Below are positions 50,821 through 61,778 of a DNA stretch of 64,000 bases, piece after piece (the first letter of the stretch is position 1; each line of letters starts with the position of its first letter). The translations under genes and the position numbers were made by a program. The notes beneath the pieces are model-generated. The model did not search any database, was not told where the DNA came from, and worked only from the letters and a program-made list of their open reading frames with translations. Source of the DNA: Diadema antillarum (lineage: Eukaryota). The stretch is taken from assembly GCF_040938485.1 (NCBI RefSeq), contig NW_027271236.1:1984001-2048000 (forward strand), given 5' to 3'.

Positions 50821-52287
50821 AACATGCTAACCTTCCACTCTTCTGCCGCTAGTCTGTGAAAGTAATAACCTCTGATAATCTCAGCAAGATGAAACACAAA
50901 TATCACAGCTTGAAACGTTTACTTTGATGCTAATAAACAGTACAGATACTTACATGTACAAGCTATCAAATTGTACAAACAAATAGGAGGCATGTACCAG
51001 TACATAGCTCATTAGAGAATGATCTCTTTTATGCATTATACCATACATAACTTGTTGCAGACATTTTCTTTTTTGTTCAGTTTGTTTGCTTTTTAATCTG
51101 TATAGAGGTATAAACTGTGTATATACAATACTGTGCATTTTGCATTATTTATCTATGCATGATACTGTACAGTTCAAGAACACAAAAATAAATTCCACAG
51201 AGTAAAAAATACATTATTCTCCTTCTTGAAGGGTTGACATTATCAATCAGCCTTCCTGAATTCGAATAGAGAAGACATTCCACAATACAGCATACCTTTC
51301 ACCGTGTTTACATGCTTGGAAGAATTACGATACGTTACATTTTAACCAATGCGACATCAAATAAAATGCATTTTAACCAATGCAACATCAAATAAAATAC
51401 CTTTTAACCAATGAAATCCTGTAAGGCAAAAGAATATTCGTGCATACTGAGGAACATCAGATCAATGCCCAATATGAATACAAGCTTAAGTACTAGCAAA
51501 CTATAGTAACCTCAGATTAGAAGGCAGATTTAAGAACAATTTCATGAGATGATACAGTATGGAACAATATAGGCTTACCTACTGTAAAATCAGAAATGCT
51601 CACATGCAGTTTAATTTCTCAAAATTTCGCGTGAGCCAAGATTAGCAAAATTAAAATGTATGCAAAAGTTCTTGTCTGCATTATATGATTAAATGCCAGT
51701 AGCGATTCTCATAAATGGCTGTTGGCTCCAATTCACAAACATTTCATGCCATAAAAAATATCTTTAGCCACCCGTTGCAGAGACATTGTAAAGTCATTAA
51801 TTTATATATAAATTCAAATGAACGGCACAGATCCCTTAAAAGGTAATACATATTGGAATGCAAAACTGTAAAAGTTTACCATTTCTTCCCCCCCCCCCCC
51901 CACAGTTTCACAGAAATTGTTGACCAAGATGATTTCGGAATCACCTCAACATTAAACTATTGGCCAGCAGAGACACACAATAGAAGTGCTCAACTGCAAT
52001 CGAAAATGAGATACTCTATTAAAGAACAATAGCATTACTAGCTCCTCTTGTTGCCATGGTAGCAGATTGTAATCATAAATTTAGTCTGACAAAGTGACCT
52101 CATGGCATGATGATGTCATGCAATGGTATGTCTTGAGAATAAGATTTTTTAAAAAGGCACTGCACTTGCAGAGGTCACAGAACCACATTTGAAGAAAAGC
52201 AACATGAAAAATTGCATGGGAATGAAACATTGTGTGTGTTGACAAACACCAATCAAAACATGGGGAATATTATTTCTCTGTGCTTTC

Positions 52288-53424
52288 TCATATGATGCTG
52301 AGAGTTTCACTAAAGACGTCCCTATCTCCATCTGTTAGTACTTGCCTCATAACGATGTCCATCTCCCACTGCTGGTGGTGTTGCCCCCGGCAACAGCCAG
52401 CTGGCCTCCTTGTGGCCAAGACATTACAACAAGCCCAGTAGAAGTAGCGGCGCCCACCCTGCAAGAAGTTTGGCGGCAGTTCCTCCTGTGAGATGTAACA
52501 CCGCCAGGACTCGTAGGGCATTTGGGGAAGCGGGTGGAACATACAGCTCTCTGGTGGATTGTTGTCCGTTGTGTACTCTTGCTTGCAAGAGAAGCACTCC
52601 AGACTGGGGCCTTGGAGAGAGAAATGCGTCTGCTGTACGATCTCCCTCGTCCGAAGCCTCCTGTTTTCTTCCTCCAGCTGAAGGCATCGTTGCTCCAGCT
52701 CTTTGACTCTCTCCAAGAGACTTTCATTCTGATTTTCCACCTGTTTCAATCGCACCACTGTCACTTCAAATTTCTTCCTGACCTCCTCCCGCTTGCGGCA
52801 AGCCACCCTGAGAGCACTCTCCATTTCCTTCACTCTCTCATCAATGACACCAGGAGGACAGGATGATTTCTTCTCTTTCATCACCACCTCTACCTCCTCC
52901 TCACTCTCGGATGCAGACTTTGCATCCCTCCTATTATATCTCACCATGAGTTCCTTCATTTCTTCTCTCAACTTGGCCATCCGCTTATCAAGCTCTTCAT
53001 TCACTCTGCGCTGAACCATCTCCGCTACCTGTTGCTCAACCTTCTCCTTCACATTTTCTTGATTGATCTGAACTTCCTTCACCATTTCCATCAACTGAGT
53101 GTACTTCACCGCCATTTCCATGGGCTCCTTCCTCAGTTGCTCAAACTTCAGTCGTAAATCATTCTGCTGTTGTTTGTTATCCTCTGTCTGTTGGATGACA
53201 CCGGCGACTGTTCCCAGCAATGTGGAGAGATGCTCCTCAAGGGTCCTCACCCTCTCTTCCAGGTCAGATGCGAGACCAAAGGGTGGGAATACAACTGACC
53301 CTCTTGGTGTCTGTGGGCTCATTGGCCACTCCTCATTACTGGAAAGAGGCCTCATTAAGTCATCATCGGGATCTCCACTGAAATCTACTTCCTCAAACTC
53401 CCTTGGTTCGCCACCCTCTGCCAT
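52288..53424 (-). CDS. Uncharacterised 378-aa coiled-coil protein with C-terminal Cys/His (Btk/REXO1-like) zinc-binding motif; CDS in a single exon
   Basis: Uninterrupted 1137-nt ORF from ATG 53424 (agaATGG). An acceptor (ttctatgtacag|gag) opens the exon at 53459. Heptad-rich E/K/Q/L middle. C-terminal C-x2-C-x3-Y-x4-N-x4-C-x-FHP...W-x-CC-x9-GCC-x3-HH at about 52596-52375. S/L/F-rich shadow ORFs on the + strand support minus-strand coding. Confidence 0.88.
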   Translation of the reverse strand: MAEGGEPREFEEVDFSGDPDDDLMRPLSSNEEWPMSPQTPRGSVVFPPFGLASDLEERVRTLEEHLSTLLGTVAGVIQQTEDNKQQQNDLRLKFEQLRKEPMEMAVKYTQLMEMVKEVQINQENVKEKVEQQVAEMVQRRVNEELDKRMAKLREEMKELMVRYNRRDAKSASESEEEVEVVMKEKKSSCPPGVIDERVKEMESALRVACRKREEVRKKFEVTVVRLKQVENQNESLLERVKELEQRCLQLEEENRRLRTREIVQQTHFSLQGPSLECFSCKQEYTTDNNPPESCMFHPLPQMPYESWRCYISQEELPPNFLQGGRRYFYWACCNVLATRRPAGCCRGQHHQQWEMDIVMRQVLTDGDRDVFSETLSII

Positions 53425-53557
53425 TCTCTTTTCATTCCACACACACCTTGATGACACTCCTGTACATAGAACAGATGCAGAGATTGTTTAAAACAAAACA
53501 AAGCAAAAAAAAAAACAATAAAAGAAAGGGATTTAATGCACCCAGTTTTTTCTAATG

Positions 53558-53754
53558 CAGTGCACTCCCATGATAACGAACATGGTTAAAACGAAATTCT
53601 GGTTATAACGAAGTAAAAATTCAAGCTGCAATATTATCCACTCTGTGGAATTTTTAGAATATTGAATTGTTTATTTGTTCGGTTATACTAATATCTCGAT
53701 ATAACGAAACAAAACTGCCGGTCCCAAGGACTTCGTTATAACGGGAGTCCACTG
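53558..53754. mobile_element. Tigger/pogo-like MITE
   Basis: TIR CAGTG(C/G)ACTCCC...GGGAGTCCACTG; a second, truncated copy starts at 63926 after TA. Confidence 0.7.
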
Positions 53755-55601
53755 CACAGGGCCTTATATAATTTTCAGTGTGATAAACTCTTATGAGGAC
53801 ATACTTAAACCACAACATACACAGTGTAATGTAAAAAATAAAAATAAAAACAAAAACAAAAAACTTACAACAAAACAAAATGCCATCTGTCCCTTTGTCT
53901 TTGACCGTCACTCACTTTTTGGGCAAAATCACGATATGGGTCCCCTCTTGTTCTGCGTGTGCATCTTCACTATGTGCAAAGTCTATGAAGGTTGAAGCAG
54001 TCATGTCAACGGCTATGACGAAATGAATGGCGTTGAATGGAGTGGTGGACTATTTCACGATAATGCCACAACACTCAACAGCAATGTATAATGTTTCATC
54101 ATATGAATTTGATGTTAATGTTTTGCATGCAACATTTATCAAATTTAGTAGCCTGACCAGACACTGTGATGTCGCGATTCGCGACAGCGGCTGCGTGTAG
54201 TTACAAATTTAGGCACTTTTATTTACCATGACTACAGGCCCTACCCTTAACCCTGGGGCGCTCCTTGTACACAGTTAATGCTACGCGTTGGGGCTGGTCG
54301 CAGTAGCCCTACCCTAGATGCTATGAGAAACTGGTAATCCCTGTAATGCACGCACTACGGTACTACTACCATCGAGATATGAGAATCTTGAGGCAATGAA
54401 ATAAACATTACTGCCTGCAGTTACAAGTAAAATCATGGTAAATTTAAACTTTAAACTGAAAGGATCCCAATCATTCATATACTCACTAAAGGTTATACAC
54501 AGCGTTGTGGTGACGCGAAGTGTTTTTCCTCTTCTTTTTCTTCTTTTGAAGTCAGTCTGGAAGCGCTGTAAACACGTCCAGGTAAACCATGTATAAATTT
54601 GATTATGACTTTAATTCATGGTAAAGCACACGTAAATTATAAATTAATAAGTATGTCTTTTGTACAGTAGTACCGGTAACATTTGTCCACGATCCACATT
54701 GTGCTATCTTCAGTGATACGTTGACGGGCCGGAAGAAGCAAAATATCATCTGTCCTTATGCAACAGATATCATTTCACACTTCACTCAAATTGTATTTGT
54801 ACGGCGAGATAGATCGCATGTGATACAACTTGTATTGTGATCAACATAACACCACCCTCGCCTCAAGCGCAGTCAAGTTACACCTGCACGTCGTCGAGGC
54901 ACAGCTTGCTTGCGCGCTGGCATTTACTAGTACTGTATTCAGCTCAGTATAAATGTGATGTACTGCACCACTGGGTACAAGCGAAGAACGATGACGGCAT
55001 GCGATGTTCTCTCCGAGGGGAATCCCCGTTGTCTTTCCCCGCCCGTTGATGGCATGTGGCCGTGTCACCAGTCCTGTAAGAAAGAGAGAGGGGGAGGGAT
55101 CCATCCCTCTCCATGTGCGTCCATGTGCGTCCTTGTGTGTGCATGTACCAGGGAGGTGGGAGCCACATCCCTGCATGTACTTAGTATGTGTTTACTGTTG
55201 TCCTTTTTTTTATCTCTTAGTCAAATTGTTTGTTGTTGGGTTTTTTTTCCTCATTTTTTTCATTATTTTTTTTTTTTTTTAATGAGTGGACTGCATACTA
55301 CAAGCTCTGCTTTTTCGCAGTCCCCTCCATTTCCAGCAATTTTGTTTCTGCCTTTACCATAATGATATAACATTTATTTGTATCTCTGTTGATAATTTAC
55401 CTGGGTCTCTATTACATGTTATTATGTTCATCGCATTGTTGTACCAATTTCGTGACATTATCTGTATACGCGAATTGTATTCCTAATTATTTGTTTGTTG
55501 GAAATGAAATAAATCAACTTGAACTTGAACTCTCTCTTTCCTATTGTGTATGTTTGTGTGTGTTAGTGTGTCTGTGTATGCTGAAAGGGATGATAACTTA
55601 A

Positions 55602-56004
55602 AGGGAAATAGTAGTTTTGTTTGAGATGGCGGTTTCATCTTTTAACTTCTTGCGAGGTAATTAGAAACCACTTGTGAAGTATGAAATAGCATGGAATGCT
55701 AAAAGAGGAATTCAAAGTTTATTGAATGAAAATCGGCTTTATATGGTATTGCAATGGCTGAGATATAAACCAAAGTAAAACAAAGTGGTCCTAAACTTTA
55801 AAGGTTGGTCCCAGCTTTTATTAGGACTTCATTGTTTTTGGATATCTCAGCCATTTCAAAATCAATTGTAATCAAACAAAATTCTAATTCCTCATAGAAA
55901 TGCATGCTCTTTCACATCTCATAAGAGGTTCCTCATTAATTTCACCCCCCCCCCAAAAAAAAAGTGGGAAACCTCAACTCAACCAAAACCATATCTACCA
56001 TCCT
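55602..56004. mobile_element. TTAA/Kolobok-like family copy
   Basis: TTAA at both ends; family core sequence. Confidence 0.75.
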
Positions 56005-56439
56005 TTAAAAAAAGAACCTGGCTTCACAATTCACAGATAGGACCTTGAAAGTCTTCTGCGGGACTTTGCTATAATAAAAATGAACGAATCAAAATTTGAT
56101 AACATTCAAAGGTGTGGGGATGTCGAGTGTCGATGTGTCTGTGTTTCTGTTATGTGGTTGGTGTGTCTCCAGGAACACGACAAAACTGTGAAATACAAAA
56201 CAACAAAATTGCAAAATCAACAACAACTAAGTTCACATGATAGAAATTTTATAAATGCCATTCTGTTTTCAAGTTATTAATGATGGTATGCGTAAAAAGA
56301 AAAATACTATTCAAATATAGACGGGGGGGGGGGGGTGAAGATTCTTTTGAAATTGTCCCCTAATCATGCAATTTTATTCGCGCTACAGACACACTTTTTT
56401 TATTATCATTTATATTATCATAACCCTAACACATTGTTT

Positions 56440-57660
56440 TTCTCCCCAGTTGCCATTACTGAAATAATCAATGAGATCGCTTTTATAGGGCCTATATTCA
56501 TATGAGAAAAGCTCTTGATAGTGATGAAATTATCAATTTTCTTTTAAATCGCCAGCTTTCTGAAATCGTGCGATATTTCGTGCACACAACGGTATTTCGC
56601 CTGTCACTTAATTAGCTCTGGCATTATTCCTGACATGATAGAAATTACAACACCAATGTTAAAGAAAGGACCACCCTAAAAAAATCAAATTGGTGACCAG
56701 TCTCGCTCCTCTCTATATTCTCAAATGATTGGAAAATGGGGTTTATTCGCATGTTGATCACTTTGTAAATACGATAGNNNNNNNNNNNNNNNNNNNNNNN
56801 NNNNNNNNNNNNNNNNNNNNNNNNNNNNNNNNNNNNNNNNNNNNNNNNNNNNNNNNNNNNNNNNNNNNNNNNNNNNNNNNNNNNNNNNNNNNNNNNNNNN
56901 NNNNNNNNNNNNNNNNNNNNNNNACCTCAGTTTGGTTTTCCGATGAAATGTACAACTATCCATGCCATTTCAAATTATATGAACTCAACAATTACTCGGT
57001 GTAGACCTATTGATGAATTTTCTCATACAGTGTATTTTTTAAAGATTTTTCGAAAGCTTTCATACCGTTAATCATGATATCTTGGTATATGGACTAAGAC
57101 GTAAATTATTAGATTGGTTCAAAATTGTTTGCAAAAAAGAAAACAATTTGTTGTTGTTAATGGCCACAAATCTTACATAAAGTTTTTTGTATGTGGTGTA
57201 TCGCAGGGGTCACTCCTTGATCTATTGTTCTATGACTTCCTAAAATCAATTAACTTATACTCTCATTCACCCTTTTGCAGATGACACAAGTTTATTCAAT
57301 TTTCACCTGAACTGTAATATTGTATAACTACTGAATATTCTATGTACTTTGTATTCTGAACAGAGAAGTGTCCTGAAATGGGTAAAGCTAACAAAATGCC
57401 ACTTGATATTTTTAAGTGTAGTTCTTTACTTTCAGTAAAGTAATTGACTTTCTCCTGTAAATATTAATGGGATTGAACTATCCACGATAGATGCTACCAA
57501 ATTTCTTTGAATAGTCATTGATAGGAATTTGTCCTGGAAGACACAGACAGACTTATTACCACAGTTATTCTCCAGAAACTTTGGTAACATTCATAAACTG
57601 AAGTCTTTCATCTCATTTAAATATCTTATTTATACTTTATTATAATTGATACAAAACTTT
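56440..57660 (+). pseudogene. Decayed non-LTR retrotransposon reverse transcriptase (CR1/L2 group), spanning the assembly gap
   Basis: Frameshifted RT motifs: QFGF, DFSKAF.TVNHDIL, RKQFVVVNG, GV.QGS, FADDTSLF. Confidence 0.75.
56778..56923. other. Assembly gap (146 N)
   Basis: Run of N. Confidence 0.99.
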
Positions 57661-58119
57661 AACATGGAGTGCATTTTCATCTAGAATTGTTCGATAATGA
57701 CTCTGGGGTTGTATGTTGATTGTCATTCAGCCTTGGTTTCTCTTCTGATGAATATCTTTTCTATATATACATATAGTAAATTTTTAAAAAATAGTTGATA
57801 ACCTTTACATGACTTCTTCATCTTGGATCTTTTACGTTTCGAATGTAGGACTGCATTATGTAATCTCCGATTGCCCTTTATCATAAAACTTTTGTGCTCA
57901 CATTTACTCCGCTTGATAGCAAAACTTGTTCCATGCATATAGGTCATATACACGTATCACCTTTGCACAAAACACTGCTATCTATACTCTGGTCCTTTTA
58001 TAGCTTTGGAATAATACTCCACTCATTGTTAAATCTGCCCCTTATGATTATTTATCTGCATTCAAACAGAGAATTATGCTTCCTTGCATCCTATGTCCAT
58101 TGATGATATGTGACCTTAA

Positions 58120-58501
58120 AGGGATTGTACAGTATTGGTTGAGGTGGGGATTCATATATTTTGAACATTCCTAAGTGAGATAATGAGAAACCTCTTATGA
58201 AATATGAAAGAGCATGTAATTCTAAGAAGGATTCAAGGTTCATTTGATGAAAATTGGTTTTCAAATGCCTGAGATATCCAAAAAAGTGATAATAATATAA
58301 GGCGACAGGCCACGTCTTTTATTAGGATCTCTTTGTTTCACATTGCTTTGGGATATCTCAGCCATTTCAAACCCGATTTTCATCAAATAAACTTTTGATA
58401 CCCCTTAGAATAACTCTGTGACATCTGATAGAGTGGTTTCTGAATATCTCAAAAAACGTTAAAAGCTAAATCCTCACCTCAACCAGAACTTTACACGCCC
58501 T
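58120..58501. mobile_element. TTAA/Kolobok-like family copy
   Basis: TTAA|AGGGATTGTACAG start; right end matches the reverse complement of the 36676 start. Confidence 0.78.
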
Positions 58502-58519
58502 TTATTAAATTCATGGTCA

Positions 58520-58960
58520 ACAAGTTGTCAATATGTGTATTTTGTACTCAAAATACAGTTATATCATTCTGTCAATTTATGCTAAACTTGCACTATCTTC
58601 TTCACAACCTATGTCCTTCACATTCACATTTCCGCTGTGGTACTTTTACGAATTGCCAATACCAAATCTGGAAGATGATATATTTATTCCTAAAAATGAA
58701 AGACTTTGTACCCATTGCAATGAGGATAATCATTGATGATGAATTTCATTACCTCTTTTCAGTGCAGCCTCTTTAATGAACAGCAAAAGAAATATTTAAA
58801 AAGATATTACTGGAAATACCCAAAGACTATAGGTGAAGATGGATCAAGTTGTGAAAAGAGAACAGTCCTTTCTAATTCAACCATTTAAGTTTTGTAGTTA
58901 TATAATGACACGTGTTAAGATAACTGTAGTATCTATTTTGTCCTTTTCATGGGTACTACA
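58520..58960 (+). pseudogene. Decayed LINE ORF2 C-terminal zinc-knuckle region
   Basis: Across frameshifts: FRCG / LPI...IPKNERLCTHC / DDEFHYLF.CS, the typical C-terminal motif of L2/Crack/Daphne-type LINEs. Confidence 0.68.
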
Positions 58961-59913
58961 TAAGCTTGCTTACAGCTAGGCTGTGCCTTCTGCACGATTA
59001 ATTTATAATTTGTTTGTTTTCTCACTCTCTCCTCTTTCTCTCCATTTCTCCTCCTCTCCTCTCGTCTCCATATGTCCTTTATTCTTTCTTCACTTATCGT
59101 ATGAAAATATTTCCGTATATCTTTGCGTTTTCAATTTTCCTTCTCTTTTCGTATTTTTTTTTCTCAAATTATATGTCACTCGCATCTCTTTTATTGTTAA
59201 TATGAATAATTTGCCACCAGTTTTGTGTCCTTCTTACTCTTCCCTCCCTCACCTCCATTATTCTCCTCTCTCTCTCTCTCTCGTCATATTTCCCTTCCTT
59301 TGTTTTTTGTTCACTATATACCTATTATGTATATATTATATATTTCTGTATATTCCTTTTTCTTTTCACTAATCGTATTTCGCTCTTGTTTACTCTATCA
59401 TCGTTGTTTTGCCTATTCAAAGTTATTTGCAACTCTGCATCATTGAATTGATAATACTAAATTACGTGGATATTTGCATTGGACGTCTCCGATACCCAGA
59501 ATATGGGTTGTTGAGTAAAACAAAGTGTCAGCAACTTTCAACAACTGAACCTCATGACATGGTTGCTCAATGCAGAATACAGATTATAGTATACACCTGT
59601 TAACGAGTATTGATTGCATGCATTTGCTGTGTGATGTGTGGGGCCCTGAAGGTCCTCCGTTCGTCCATTGACAACTGTTGCTAACGGACGCTACGCCCGT
59701 CCCGGCCGCGTTTTTTTTAAAGACGGCACAGATTGGGGCATGGCGCCGCGTCCCGGCCCTGAGCTGGCTGCATGCTTGGCCGCGCCTGCGCCTCGCCTCC
59801 TATCACTCATCCGATCCGCCGAGCTCAGCCCGCTGTGCGCTGGTGGAGCTGCTAATCGGCTATATAGTTGCTCGATTCTGGTCTATTATTTGCACAAGAT
59901 TCATCAAGCCAAA

Positions 59914-61641
59914 ATGTCAAGCAATCTACTGATGAAAGGTGATCCTGTGCCATTTGCAAAGTCTATGTCAAAGCTAGTCAATAACAAAGAATTCAGGTGA
60001 GTGCCATATGAACTGAAAGTACTCGAAACGAAAAAGACTCGCGACGTAGACGTCGTAGTCCCACCTGGTGTAGAGTTAGTAATGTTTGCATGATTTTTAT
60101 GTAGGTCCTAGTATTATTAATGCATAGACTAGATTCTAACGCTAACTGTTAGTGTCTAAGCCATGTTATATTATGTGGATATCCACAACGGTAAGCAGTC
60201 ACAACATTGCTATGTCAGTATGCATACGAAATTGACATAAAACTTACATGTAATTCCGTACCGTACCTAAAACGTGTAGACATGAATACCTGTGATCACA
60301 CAGGGATTAAAATTTACCGGTGCTTGTTTTTAATCTTAGCAGCTATGCCTGAAGTGAATGATGCAATCACTTAATTATCAATCAGTTTAGTTACTTTTGT
60401 TTGCCAGGTTACAATCAGTAACGTTAGAACCTAGGTTCTAGACGACTAACACCAAATGGCCGAGATCATATTTTTGTAATGGTAGCAGACTCACTTATTA
60501 CCAAGGTGTCGCGCCTGTTTACCTGGAATTCCTGTCAGTATTACTACACAACAAAGCATCGCTGAGTTGTGATTTGTACACTTTCGTCAAGATGGATATT
60601 TGATATGAGTTTGATGTAGAAAATCTACTGGTACTTCTTGTCCAAGGATCCAGGGCCACTGTGAAACTGTACAATGAGTTCAGATTGATTGATGAACTCA
60701 GAATATTGATTCAAATTCAAAATACTAAATACATCAAGAATTTATGGAAAATTGTAAATTCAGGCCAAATTGATAAATTGCATATGTTAAGATTCTGTCT
60801 ATTGTACCTTATTGCAGTGATATCAAGTTCATCGTTGGAGAAGAAAGACGACACATCTTTGCCCATCGTTGCATCCTGGTGTCAAGGTGTGAGGTCTTCA
60901 GGGCTATGTTTGCTGAACAAGTCATGCGAGAAAATAGTGGGAAAGTTCCTCTGGTACTGACTGATACAGAGCCAGATATTTTCATGATTGTGCTTGAGTT
61001 CATCTACACAAACTGTGCCACCCTTAGTGGAAAAACTGTGAGTAATTTGCTTTGAGGTAGTCTGGTAAAAAACAATATAGTATCAGAACACATGTGTGGG
61101 TATTTTCAGCAGAAGACTGGTTTAGTTTTACATTCATTATTTCCTGAGCTGATCGAAGACTCAACATTATTAAGTAATTATCATATGCATCTTGCCTTCA
61201 CAATCTATTTTGTGATTTATACGATATTCTGATATATTTAGAATATGTATATTGGTTTTTTTTAGCATAAATATGCTTTGTACACTTACTCTTCAAAGAA
61301 AATGAATATTTGGTACTTGTTATAGCTGCAATGCATCGAAGGTGACACTGTATTCTCTTTTTCTTTTATCTATTCTTGCCATGCATTTTTGAATTACCCA
61401 ATTCCCAAGATTAGATATGTTATTTGAATTTCTGTAGAGGTGTTATTTGAAATATTGAATTATTTGATTCTACATAATGAAGATTTTAAAGTTGTTTGAC
61501 AGTAATGCATTAATCTCTTTTTATTTTCATATTTTCTGTATTCTGTAATGAATATAGATTTGAACATCAATTACATGTATAATGTATGTGTATTACGATA
61601 TGACATGTTGGGTATATATACGTAGGGTATATCTGTTGGGT

Positions 61642-61681
<40 letters not shown>

Positions 61682-61725
61682 TATATGACATGTTGGGTAT
61701 ATATATGTAGGGTATATCCGTTGTG

Positions 61726-61778
<53 letters not shown>

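Noticed and set aside
51340-51412. 31-bp tandem with repeated CCAAT as a promoter
   Set aside because: No adjacent gene start or CpG enrichment; most likely a simple local duplication.
52347-53491. Overlapping ORFs around the orphan gene (52410, 52522, 52793, 53099 and others)
   Set aside because: Antisense or alternate-frame shadows of the coiled-coil CDS.
56721-57004. ORFs containing X runs
   Set aside because: Artefacts of the N gap.
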